Positions 38,896 through 51,183 of a DNA stretch of 64,000 nucleotides are shown one piece after another; the stretch's first letter is position 1; each line of letters starts with the position of its first letter. Made by a program: the position numbers and the translations under genes. The stretch lies in the NCBI RefSeq assembly GCF_018350175.1, contig NC_058368.1, positions 135,782,001-135,846,000 of the forward strand, read 5' to 3'. The notes under the pieces are model-generated. The model ran no database searches. It was given only the letters and a program-made list of their open reading frames with translations, and was not told where the DNA came from. Source of the stretch: Felis catus (Eukaryota).

Positions 38896-39826
38896 GTAAG
38901 ATTTGCTGTGAAGGTAGTGGAAATAGTGGGAAAAGTCTATGTTTAAAGGAGGTTTGAAACTCCCCATCTGGGGTGCCTGGGTGGCTCAGTCGGTTACGTG
39001 TCCAACTTCGGCACAGGTCATGATCTGACGGTTTGTAAGTTTGAGCCCCACGTCGGGCTCTGTGCTGACAGCTCAGATCCTGGAGCCTGTTTCGGATTCT
39101 GTGTCTCTCTCTCTCTCTCTGCTTCTCCCCTGCTCCTGCTCTGTCTCTCAAAATAAATAAATAAACATTAAAAAAAAATTAAAAAAAAAAAAAAGAAAGA
39201 AAGCAACTCCCCGTCTATATTCTTGAGATTCCCAAGATTTTTGGGTATATGTTTTTAGAAGAAATTATGTGTTGTCACTCATATGCTAGATTGACATCTG
39301 ACCACTATTAATAACTTCATAAAATAAGAATAGCAATCAAATGAAACCATATGAGAGCATTTTCTTTGATACTTCCCAGTTTTAGAGAGTAGTAATTTCA
39401 AGAGAAGGGGGGAAAGTTGCCTCCAGTAGAGGAGAATGGGATTGTTTGAGGATTAAGTCTGATCAGTTGATTCATAGCACACTCATTTGGAGTGTCTTCA
39501 TTTTACAGGCAAAGACATAAATGTTTTTACCAGTTGGGTGACTATTGTACTGACAGCTGTATTCTGAAGTTATTTAATTCCATATTACATTCATTGGTAT
39601 AGAAAATTCATTGTGGTCGATGATGACTCTTGTCTTTTGAAATGTATATCTTATTTTGAATTTGAACAGTTTTGCCTAATTAGAAAAAAATCTACAATTT
39701 TGTGAGCTCCTTCAGGTATATGTGAATGTATTCAGTAACATATATATGTATATTAAGTACATATGTGTGATGCTGATGTGTGCATAATTTGTTGAGAGTA
39801 AAAATGTTGAATGTGTTTTCTTTCAG

Positions 39827-39963
39827 AATCAAGCTTCCAAGTATTTCCCTATCAATCTCAGATAACAGTTTTTAAAGAGTTTCTGTTAAGAGCAACAAAA
39901 TATAACAAACTACAAATGCTTGGAGATGACCTGAGAACTGATAAGAGGATAATTCTGGTTGAA
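39827..39963 (+). CDS. RAD17: RAD17 coding exon 5
   Basis: 137 bp; SSFQVFPYQSQITVFKEFLLRATKYNKLQMLGDDLRTDKRIILVE (KYxxL motif, Walker-B-like IILVE-D). Confidence 0.97.
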
Positions 39964-40332
39964 GTACGGACAAATTTTGAGATCCTACTAACTACTGAGT
40001 AAATAATTACAAGATATATCTTACTGATAGTGGCGTTAACTCTCTGCATAGTATTAATCGTGGTAAAATATAATGTAAAGGCTCTGTGATAGCAGAAACC
40101 TCAGGTCTTTTCCAGTAAACTTGAGTAGAGTAGCTATCAGTTGATGAACTTTAGAATTTTAATGATGTAAGTGTGGAAAAAGCAAAAGAAATAATTTGAA
40201 GGGTGCCTGGGTGGCTCAGTCATTTGAGCATCTGACTCTTGATTTCGGCTCAGGTCATGATCTAGCAGTTCGTAAGTTCGAGCTCGGTATCAGGACTGCG
40301 CCGACAGTGAAAAGCCTGCTTGGGATTCATAT

Positions 40333-40394
<62 letters not shown>

Positions 40395-40765
40395 CCCCCC
40401 CCACTCCCTCCCTCTCTTCCCCTCCCTCCCTCCCTCCCTCCCTCTCCCTACCCCTCCCCTTCTCACTTTCTTTCTTGCAAAATAAATAAACTTAAAAAAA
40501 AAAGGAAGGATTTTAGAAAGTGGTGTCTTAGTGAAAATACTGTAACTAGTAGTGACCTTAAGAAATTTGAACTGAAACTTGGGTTTCCCATTGATGCATT
40601 TTACTGGATAGGACATCAGCTTTTTCATGTTTTCCTTAATTTCTATAAAAGTTCTAGTTACAGTACGTTGAATAGGTGACATTTTTTCCTAATTTGGTAA
40701 ATATAAATCTGAAAATTAATTTACACAAGAATAAAACTAAACTAGTATTTATCATTTTTCAATAG

Positions 40766-40818
40766 GATTTACCTAACCAGTTTTATCGAGATTCTCATAC
40801 TTTACATGAAATTCTCAG
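40766..40818 (+). CDS. RAD17: RAD17 coding exon 6
   Basis: 53 bp; DLPNQFYRDSHTLHEIL(R); |GTGAGT. Confidence 0.96.
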
Positions 40819-40898
40819 GTGAGTTTCAGTGAAGTTTTCTCAAACTTTGAATTAAATGGCAATAGCTTAAATTTCAACATTGCTATACTTTATTTTAG

Positions 40899-41024
40899 GA
40901 AATATGTGCATACTGGTCGGTGTCCTCTAATATTTATAATCTCTGACAGTCTCGGTGGAGATAATAATCAAAGGTTACTGTTTCCCAAAGAAATTCAGGA
41001 AGAGTGTGCTATATCAAACATTAG
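40899..41024 (+). CDS. RAD17: RAD17 coding exon 7
   Basis: 126 bp; KYVHTGRCPLIFIISDSLGGDNNQRLLFPKEIQEECAISNI(S). Confidence 0.97.
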
Positions 41025-41116
41025 GTAAGAATGAAATTCTTGTTATGCTCACATTCACAAGTTATATTTTTAGGTAATCATCTAACCCTTATCTTTCTTT
41101 ATAAAACTTTTGACAG

Positions 41117-41186
41117 TTTTAACCCTGTGGCACCAACAATTATGATGAAATTTCTTAATCGAATAGTGACCATGGAAGCTAATAAG
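41117..41186 (+). CDS. RAD17: RAD17 coding exon 8
   Basis: 70 bp; FNPVAPTIMMKFLNRIVTMEANK. Confidence 0.96.
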
Positions 41187-41490
41187 GTAAATCTCTTTAA
41201 GAACTGATTAATCTGAATCTTACATTTTATTTATAGAAAGTGAAACTTGCAGAGTTAGAGACACATATTATTTCAGTTTTTAGAATTAAAATATTTTATT
41301 ACATTTGTAAGGCCTGTCATTTTAGGAAAGGCAGGAAATAGTTTTAGAAATCCAGGGGTGCCTGGGTGGTTCATTCAGTTAAGCGTTTGACTCTTGATGT
41401 TGGCTCAGGTCTTGGTCTCAAGGTCATGAGTTCAAGCCCTTTGTTGGGCTCCACAGTGGGCGTGGAGCCTACTTAAAAAAAAGAATCTTT

Positions 41491-41722
41491 GGGGCGCCTG
41501 GGTGGCGCAGTCGGTTAAGCGTCCGACTTCAGCCAGGTCACGATCTCGCGGTCCGTGAGTTCGAGCCCCGCGTCAGGCTCTGGGCTGATGGCTCAGAGCC
41601 TGGAACCTGTTCCCGATTCTGTGTCTCCCTCTCTCTCTGCTACTTCCCCCGTTCATGCTCTGTCTCTCTCTGTCCCAAAAATTAAAAAAAAAAAAAAAAA
41701 AAAAGAAACGTTGAAAAAAAAA
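41491..41722 (+). mobile_element. Young SINEC_Fc inserted in the A-tail of an older SINE
   Basis: Nearly identical to the 22787 copy, CpGs retained; flanked by A-rich...AATCTTT repeats. Confidence 0.9.
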
Positions 41723-43584
41723 ATCTTTAACCTTTTTCTACTATTAAATCTCACTTTCTCTTTCATATTGAAGTAAATAGTTCTTTCCTTTGCTTAGTAT
41801 TCTAAATTGTGTCAATTATCAAGAGACTGTTTCCTGGCATTTAGATACTTAGTCATCAACAGTCCAACTCTACATTTATCCTGTTGTCAGTTTTTTTTTT
41901 TAATCTAACATTTTTATTGTGGTAAGAAACATAAAATCTACCATCTTAACCATTTATTTTCTGATATTATGGAATATACTTGACATAGAACATTCATAAG
42001 TTTAAGGTATACAACACACTGATTTGATACACTTAACATATTGCAAAATGCTTACCACTGTGGCATTACACAGTCCCACCAAGTCGTGTCATTACCACTT
42101 CTTTTTTGTGGTGAGAACATTTCAGATCTACTCTCTTAGTACCTTTAAAATATTTAATATGGTGTTATTAACTATACCGTCTTAACCATTTTTAAGTGTA
42201 CAGTAGTATTAGATATATTAACGCTGTGGTGAAATGGCTGTTGTCATTTTTTTTTAAATTACAATTCTGTTTTTATTTGTGGAGTCACAGTTACATTTTT
42301 TTATTGTGTATGCAGTTGCAATGTTAACTTGAATTATTCAATTCGTTAAAAGTGAGAGTTTCAGAACCAAGGAATTTCTGTGATTTAATGTTTTTCAATG
42401 ACAAATAATGATGTTTTAACTGTAATTATAGTTTTATATTATTTGTATACCTTATCAAATAAAAACAGATGGGGTTTCATAGGAGCCAGTACCATGGTAG
42501 TTATTATTTAAATGGTAAATTGTTTTTTCCTTTTAAAAAAAAAAATTTTTTTTTTAATGTTTATTTATTTTTGAGACAGAGAGAGACAGAGCATGAATGG
42601 GGGAGGGTCAGAGAGAGAGGGTGACACAGAATCTGAAACAGGCTTCAGGCTCTGAGTTGTCAGCACAGAACCCAACGTGGGGCTTGAACTCACGGACTGC
42701 AAGATCATGACCTGAGCCGAAGTCGGACACTTAACCGACTGAGCCACCCAGGCACCCCTGTTTTTTCCTTTAAGGTACCGAATCAGTCAAATTAGTTTCA
42801 TCAGTCAAACAATTGGTCTAGTGTGTAAAACTAAAGTTCAAATTTGTCCTTTGACCTTATTGATGAATTAATCATCAGTTGATTTTCTGACTTTGAAGTT
42901 GACATTTGTAGTTCTGTGTGGTCTTAAAATCTCTATTTCTGGCACAATCCAGTGATTAAAATATTATGAAATCCTTGGGTACAGAACATTCAGCTCTTTT
43001 GAGCTATTATATTAAGAAGAAAATGTAAAATGTTAATAATACCTGTTAATTTAGTGGTATGATTAGTAGACTTTAAGGTATTATTTAATGTTATCATTAC
43101 TATCACTGCCCATATAAAAATAGTATGTATTAACTATTCCCAAACTTCATTACCATGCTTGTATCTATACAAACTATTTTAAACAGATTTATATTTCTTC
43201 CCTGTGGTTTTTATGGCTTTTAAACCAAAACCAGTGTTATTGACCAAAAGGACAATCTAAAATATTTGAAACTATTGATTTGGCAGAATGAGCTTTGTTG
43301 GTGTGCAAATAAATATAAATGGAAAAAGAAAAACCTCCAGAAAAAAAATTGGTGTAGACTTTTTTTTCTGTAAAATAAACTAACTTTCTGATGAGTTTGG
43401 GAACAAAAAATCAAATAAATCATTGGTTCCATATAAGAAAACCTTCTTAAACTGGTTTGTACATCTGTAAGGCAAGAGGAATTAACCTTTGCTTAGCCCC
43501 TGATCTGTGACATAAATTACTCTGAGTTATTTGTCTTTGGAATTTTTCTTTTCTTTCTTTTTTTTGTCAAGGAAGTGATGTTTA

Positions 43585-44212
43585 TTTTTTTATTTTGTTA
43601 TTTTGTTTTAAATTTACATCCAAAGTAGTTAGCATATAGTGCAACAATGATTTCAGGAGTAGATTCCTTAATGCCCCTTACCCATTTAGCCCATCTCCCC
43701 TCCCACAACCCCTCCAGTAACCCTCAGTTTGTTCTCCGTATTTATGAGTCTCTTCTGTTTTGTCCCCCTCCCTGTTTTTATATTATTTTTGTTTCCCTTC
43801 CCTTATGTTCATCTGTTTTGTCTCTAAAAGTCCTCATATGAGTGAAGTCATATGATATTTGTCTTTCTCTAATTTCGCTTAGCATAATACCCTAAGTTCC
43901 ATCCACGTAGTTGCAAATGGCAAGATTTCATTCTTTTTGATTGCCGAGTAATACTCCATTGTGTATATATTTCACATCTTCTTTATCCATTTATCCATCG
44001 ATGGACATTTGGGCTCTTTCCATACTTTGGCTATTGTGGATAGTGCTGCTACAAACATGGGGGTGCATGTGTCGCTTCGAAACAGTACACCTGTATCTCT
44101 TGGATAAATGCCTACTAGTGCAATTGCTGGGTCTTAGGGTAGTTCTATTTTTAGTTTTTTGAGAAACCTCCATGCTGTTTTCCAGAGTGGCTGCACCAGC
44201 TTGCATTCCCAT
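43585..44212 (-). mobile_element. 5'-truncated carnivore LINE-1 3' end, about 630 bp
   Basis: Collinear and highly similar to 3660-4407 (TTTACATCCAA...TTGCATTCCCAT); antisense to RAD17. Confidence 0.9.
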
Positions 44213-45745
44213 GTTGTCATTTTTAATGCATCATTTTTTCTATCTTTGACATCAACATTATGTTAAAATAAATCGATGGAACTTCTCCCAGCAGCATGGT
44301 TCTAGGGGGAGCCTACTACTACAAATCAACTAGATCTTAAATGAAACATAATAAATTTTTTTGCACCACTTGGATCATAGAAACTGAGGGAAATCTTCAA
44401 GAGAGAGGTTGCTTTGAGGATCAAACAAAAAAATGTATGTATGAAAAGCACTTAACTGAATAAGTAAAAACTATTAATAGTGAAAAATTATAGGCAGACT
44501 CCAATAATAGAGGGAGCAGTTATTATGATGAGGTGTCATGTCATTAATTAGTGTTTTGAGAATATTTAGTGATATGGGAAAATACGAATTAATGTATTTT
44601 AACTTAATGTCAAGTTAAAAATACTAAGGTGCAGGGGGCACCTGGGTGGCTCAGTCAGTTAAGTGTCTGACTTTGGCTCAGGTCATGATCTCACGGTTCA
44701 TGGATTCGAGTCCCACATCAGGGTTTGTGCTGACAGCTCACAGCCTGTAGCCTCTTTTGGATTCTGTGTGTGTGTGTCTCTCTCTCAGCCCCTCCCCTGC
44801 TCATACTCTGTTTCTCTCAAAAGTAAACATTAAAATAATAATAACAATAATAAGGTACAAAGTTATAATGCTAACAATAGAAATTACATATTTAGGGGCA
44901 CCTGGGTGGCTCAGTTGGTTAAGCGCCCAACTTTGGCTCAGGTCATGATGTCACACTCCATGAGTTCGAGCCCCACATCGGGCTCTGTGCTGACAGCTCA
45001 GAGCCTGAAGCCTGCTTCAGATTCTGTGTCTCCCTTTCTTTCTGCCCCTAACCACTCATGCTCTGTCTCTCTGTCTTAAAAATAAAATAAAACATTTTAA
45101 AAAAATGAAAAAAAAATTACATCTTCAGCTTTTAATATGCATCAGGCACTAAGCAAAGTATTGTTATATACCTGATCTTATTAAACCTCATCACAACTGT
45201 ACAAAATTGGTACATAATCCCCATTTTATGGATGAAGAGACAGCTTTTGGGGGGAAATGACTTGCATATCTCACAACTATTAAGTATCAGATAGGTTTGA
45301 AGTTTTGTTCTCACTCCAGTTTACTGTGCTAAAACAAAATAATTTTCAGTAACAGCAGAATGCATGTTATACTTACACCCATACATACTAGAAGAAACGA
45401 CATAAAAATGCTGAGTGTGGTTAGTTCTGGATGGTAGGATTACTTGTGTTTTTTTAATGTCTTTTTGAAAGTAAATCTACATTCTGTACTAGGAGCATAA
45501 CTACAAATTATTATTTTTAAATACTTTATTTACTAAACATCAAGAACTAATAAAAATAGTCAACATATAGCACCTTACCACATTAACTCAAAAAAATTTT
45601 TAGGACTAAATCATCAGGGGTACCTAGGTAGTTCAGTTGGTTAAGCATCCTACTTTGGCTCAGATCATGATCTCATGGTTTGTGAGTTCGAGACCCGCAT
45701 CGGGCTCTGTGCTGACACCTCAGAGCCTGGAGCCTGCTTTTGGAT

Positions 45746-45803
<58 letters not shown>

Positions 45804-48189
45804 CCCCCCCCCCCCCCCCCCCCGCTTGCCCTCTGACTTTCTCTCTCTCAAAAATAAACATTAAAAAAAAAAAGACCAAATCATTAAATTGCAAATGGCA
45901 TTCACTTTAATAAGTTGTGTTGGAATAGTAAAAAATATACCATGGGGGCGCCTAGGTGGCTCAGTTGGTTAAGCGTCCAGCTCTTGGTTTGGGCTCAGGT
46001 CGTGATCTCACAGTTTGTGAATTTGGCCCTCGCATGGAGCTCTGTGCTGGCGGTGTGGAGCCTGCTTGGGATTGTGTCTCTCCTTCTGTCTCCGCTCCTC
46101 CCCCGTTTACTCATTCTCTCTCTCAAAAATAAATAAACTTTTTAAAAAAGAGAGAGAGATGGGGCGCCTGGGTGGCTCAGTCGGTTAGTGTTTGACTTTG
46201 ACTCAGGTCAGGATCTTGCAGTTTGTGAGTTCGAGCCCCATGTCAGGCTCTGTGCTGACAGCTTAGAGCCTGGAGCCCGTTTCAGATTCTGTGTCTCCCT
46301 CTCTCTGCCCCTTCCCCGCTCATGCTCTGTCTGTCAAAAATGAAGAAACGTTAAAAAATTAAAAAAAAAAGATAACATGACTTTTTTGTTGTGTAGTTAA
46401 CATGTTGTACTTTAAATAGTTGACCTGCAAGAATGTTAGAACTAGTATACTTGGGGCACCTGAGTGGCTCAGTTGGTTAAGTGTCTGACTTTCGCTCATG
46501 TCATGATCTCATAGCTCATGAATTTGAGCCCCTCATAAGGTTTTGTGCTAACAGCTCAGAGCCTGGAGCCTTATTCAGATTCTGTGTTTCCTTCTCTCTC
46601 TGCCCTTCTCCCACTCGTGTTCTGTCTCTACCTCTTAAATATAAATAAAAATTTTTTTAAAAATTTCATTGTATTTAAGATTTTTAAGTTTAGTTTTTAT
46701 TTTTTTAAGTTTACTCATTTATTTTTGAGACAGTGAGTGAGCACAAGTGAGTGGGGGAGAGGCAGAGAGAAAGAGAGCCAAGCAGGCTCCCTGCTCAGGG
46801 TACAATCTCACAAATCTGTGACATTATGACCTGAGACAAAGTCAAGAGTTGGACGCTTGACCGACTGAGCCACCTAGTGCCTCAAGATTTTTTAAGTTGT
46901 CTTGACACCCATTGTGGGGCTCGAACTTACAAGCCCGAGATCAAGAGTCTCGTGCTCTACTGACTGAGTCAACCAGGTGCACTTAAAACTAGTATACATT
47001 GAGTTTATTGTTGATACGTTACATCACAGGAGCAATAACCAGCACACTTTAAATCCTTCAAACTTTTATAAAATCAATTGTTAGGATGCTGTCTGGGGTC
47101 TCCAAAGATGATAATGATGTTATAGGAAGATTAAGAGTTTAATCTCTGGAATTCTGCACCTCAGTTAATCAAGAAAGAGTGTTGACATCTTTTTTATTAA
47201 ATAATGTTTTATTTTTATTTTAGAGAGCTCGAGCAGGGGAGAGGCCCAGAGGGAAAGAAAGAATCCCAAATCCCAAGCAGGCTCCATGACCAGTGCCGAG
47301 CCTGATGTGGGGCTTGATCCCAGAACTCTGGGATCATGACCTGAGCTGAAATCAAGAGTCAGATGCTCAACCGACTGAGCCACCCAGGTGCCCCTAGTTA
47401 TAAGAAAGAATGTTGAATATCTTAGGTTTTTTTTTTTTTTTCAAGTTTAAATAGATGTTTCTTTGTTTTTATAAGAAAAAAGGTCTTTAGTCTTTTCTTT
47501 ATTATTAAGTATGTAAATTGTGATCACACATTTCAACCACAGTTGTATATGCAGAGTAATTAACATCCATGGTATTTCCTTCAACTACCAAGGATCATGA
47601 TTTTAAATTATATTTCCTTTTTGGCAACTAATCCATACTAGAATTTTTCAAAAAGAAATACTCTTAAAATAATTTTAAATAAAATAAACGTATTCACAAT
47701 AAAAATGAAGTTAATCTGGAAGAGAAATTCACAGGCATGAGCAAGAAAATTTTATAAAGGAATAATGAAGAGAGACTTGCTCTGTAGGTATTGGAGCATA
47801 ATATAAAATTATACATATCACACCTGCATAATATTGGCACAGTAATAGACAAAAAAGAATAAAATGAGAAGAAACACAGAAATAGATGAGTATGTGTAAA
47901 TGGCAATTTTCTGTATAAGAAAGTAGTATTTTACGTTACTGGAGAAAGAGGAGACTATTAAAATTAAGTAGTATTTGCACAATTGGATATCCATATGGAA
48001 AGACATAAGGTTGCATCTTTATACTATGCACAAAAATAATTTTTAGGTAGACTGAAGTTCTGGGGTGCCTGGGTGGCTCAGTTGGTTGAGTGCCTGACTC
48101 TTGATTTTGGCTCAGGTCATGATCCCAAGGTTGTGGGATGGAGCCCCCCACATGGGGCTCTGGATTGAGTGTGGAGCCTACTTCAAATT

Positions 48190-48307
48190 CTCCCTCTCCC
48201 TTCTTCTCTCCTCCTCTCCTCTCCTCCTCTCCTCCTCTCCTCCTCTCCTCCTCTCCTCGTCTCCTCCTCTCCTCCTCTCCTCTCCTCCTCTCCTCCTCTC
48301 CTCCTCT

Positions 48308-48346
<39 letters not shown>

Positions 48347-48382
48347 CTCTCTCCCCCTCTCTCTCTCCCTCTCTCCCTCCCC
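48190..48382. repeat. Expanded (TCC/TCTCC)n polypyrimidine tract within a SINE
   Basis: About 190 nt of almost pure C/T; source of several spurious ORFs in the track. Confidence 0.92.
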
Positions 48383-50108
48383 TGCATGTGCATCCCTCTC
48401 TCTCCTGCATCTCTCTCTCTCTAAAATAAAAGAAAAAGAAAAAATACTGACTTTGGTTTGGAGGAAAGTATTCCTAAGCAAGAAACAGAAGTCCTAAAAA
48501 CACTGGATTTACTTCAAAAAGCTTAGGAGAGGGGCTCCTGAGTGGCTCAATTGATTAAGCATCAGACTTCGGCTCCGGTCATGATCTCATGGTCCGTGAG
48601 TTTGAGCCCCGTGTCGGGCTTTGTTCTGACAGCTCAGAGCCTGGAGCCTGCTTCAGATTCTGTGTCTCCCTCTCTCTCTCTGCACCTCCCCTGCTCATGC
48701 TCTGTCTCTCTCAAAAATAAACATTAAAAAAAAAAAAGCACTTAGGAGATGACAGAAGGCATGATAAGCTAAGTTAAAATACAAGCCTTGGAATGGAAGA
48801 AAATATTTGCAATTTATGTAACAGATAAAGCATTAACACCTGAATATAGTATGTATTATATATGTAACATATATACATATAATGCAATATATATTGTATG
48901 AATATATAAAATTTTATATATATATATATATATATATGCCTCCAAAAAAAGGTTAAGAACAGAAGCCAATACTCAGAGTACTACAAATAGCTAATAAACA
49001 TGAGAGGTGTTTAGCCCTACTAGTAATCAAAGAAATTAATATTTAAATATATTTTTAAATGTTTATTAATTTATTTTGAGAGAGAAAGCATGAGTGTGGG
49101 AGGAGCAGAGAGAGAGAGGAAGAGAGACAATCCCAAGCAGACCCCACACTCTGCGCAGAGCCTGACACAGGATTTGATTCCACAGTTGTGAGATCATGAC
49201 TTGAGCCAATATCAAAATCAAGGGGCACCTAGGTGGCTCAGTCAGCTGAGTGTCTGACTTCAGGTCAGGTCATGACCTCATGGTTTGTGGGTTCGAGCCC
49301 CACGTTGGGCTCACTGCTGTTAGCCTATCAGTATAGAGCCCACTTTGGATCCTCTGTTTACCTCTCTTTCTTACCCTCCCCTGCTTATGCTTTCTCTCAA
49401 AAAGTAAAACATTTAAAAAATTTTAAAAATCAAAATCAAGAGTCGGATGCTTAACTGACCGAGCCACCCAGGTGCCCCCCAAAAATTCATATTTAAACCA
49501 GGTGCCATTTTTCATGTATCAGTTTGCAAAACATTTAAGAAATCACAAAAAGGATTGCCAAAGAAGGAGAAAATAGGCACTCTCATATACCATTGGTAGA
49601 AAAAATAAAATTGGTAACTGTTAGACTTTCGAAGGCACTCTCCAGGCAGAGCCTTGACGCAGAGTGCAAGATCATGACCTAAGCTGAAGTCCGATGCTTA
49701 ACCGACCGACTGTGCCACCTAGGCGCCCCAAAGGCATTCTCCTTTTACAGAAATATTTGTGCTGCTGACAAAGATAAATTTGTGGTGAAAAGTGGGAAAC
49801 AATGTAATGTCCCTTCATTGGGGAAACTGGTAAATTATAATATACTCATAATGTTTTTTTAAAGTGAAATACAGTTAAAGGTGCTATTATAGATCGCAGA
49901 GAATGGTATTAAGTAAAAAGTCATGTCATAGAATAATACATGTAGGGGCACCTGGGTGATTCATTCAGTTCAGTATCTGACTCGTGATTTTGGCTCAGGT
50001 CATGATCACAGGGTTGTGGGATCAAGCCCTTTGTCAGGCGTGGAACCTGCTTAGATTCTCACTCTCCTTCTGCCCCTTTCCTGCACTTGGGCACTCTCTC
50101 TCTCAAAG

Positions 50109-50132
50109 ATAATGATAATAATAATAATAGTA

Positions 50133-50168
<36 letters not shown>
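50109..50168. repeat. Imperfect (AAT)n microsatellite derived from a SINE tail
   Basis: AAT repeats with AGT/GAT interruptions. Confidence 0.9.
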
Positions 50169-50169
<1 letters not shown>

Positions 50170-51074
50170 ATGTAATATGACCCTACATGTATTTAAAAGT
50201 TAACTATGTTGGGGTACCTGGGTGGCTCAGTCATACAAAGCGTACAACTTTTTATTTTGGCTCAGGTCATGATCTCTTGGTTCATGGGATTGAGCCCCGC
50301 ATTGGGTGCCATACGGCATGGAGCCTACTTGGGATTCTCCCTCTCCCTCTCTCTCATTGCCCCTCCCCTGCATGAGCTCGTTGCTCGCTCTCTGTTAAAA
50401 AAACAAAAACTTTAAAAAGTTAACTATGTCTATACATACTTTTAGGTTCTCTATGTACTTAGAGATATTTTTACACAGAAAGTAGTCTGGAAAAATACTG
50501 ACTAGAATATTAACAATTGTGACAAAGTTTAGGATATGGGGAGACTAACCTAGAACAGTAAATTTTTCATAAAGACTTCTGAAACAGCTTTGATTAATAA
50601 AAATATATTCAAAGACAATAGGAAAGTACTATTTTTTGTGTTTTAATCAGTTTTTACAAAATCTGAAATGGGTGATATATGAGCTGTCACATGAATTTGA
50701 CTTAAGTCTTGTTATCAGTAAACCATTAGGGTTTCTTAAGGTGAGAAGGAAAGAGAAATGTTTCTGGTCTTATATTTGGCCTGACAAGGGAGTGATATTT
50801 GTACATATGTATGTACATATAGTTGGAGAGAGTCTCAAAATACAATCTAGCCCAAATAAACAAGTAAAATTATTTTATACTCTTGAAAATTTACCTTAAT
50901 CTATGATAAGTCATTGACCTTCCTGAGCAGACTGGTGTTTAACAAGGAAGCTTTTTAGCCTCCAGCTTTGAAAGATTCTAATTTATTTTTATTTAGTTTA
51001 GAGAATGGGCGGCGGGGCGGGGGGGGGGGTTGTTTTAGAAAAGGGTTTTTTAAACTGTAATTTTTTCATTTTAG

Positions 51075-51183
51075 AATGGAAGAAATATTACTGTCCCTGA
51101 CAAAACTTCCCTAGAGTTGCTCTGTCAAGGATGTTCTGGTGATATCAGAAGTGCAATAAACAGCCTCCAGTTTTCTTCAAAAG
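51075..51183 (+). CDS. RAD17: RAD17 coding exon 9
   Basis: 109 bp; NGRNITVPDKTSLELLCQGCSGDIRSAINSLQFSSK (RFC sensor-2 GDIRSAIN); follows a 9.9-kb intron. Confidence 0.97.

Noticed and set aside
47936..48497. Cluster of Glu/Arg-rich and Ser/Leu/Pro-rich ORFs
   Set aside because: Artefacts of a stop-free polypyrimidine expansion in a SINE.
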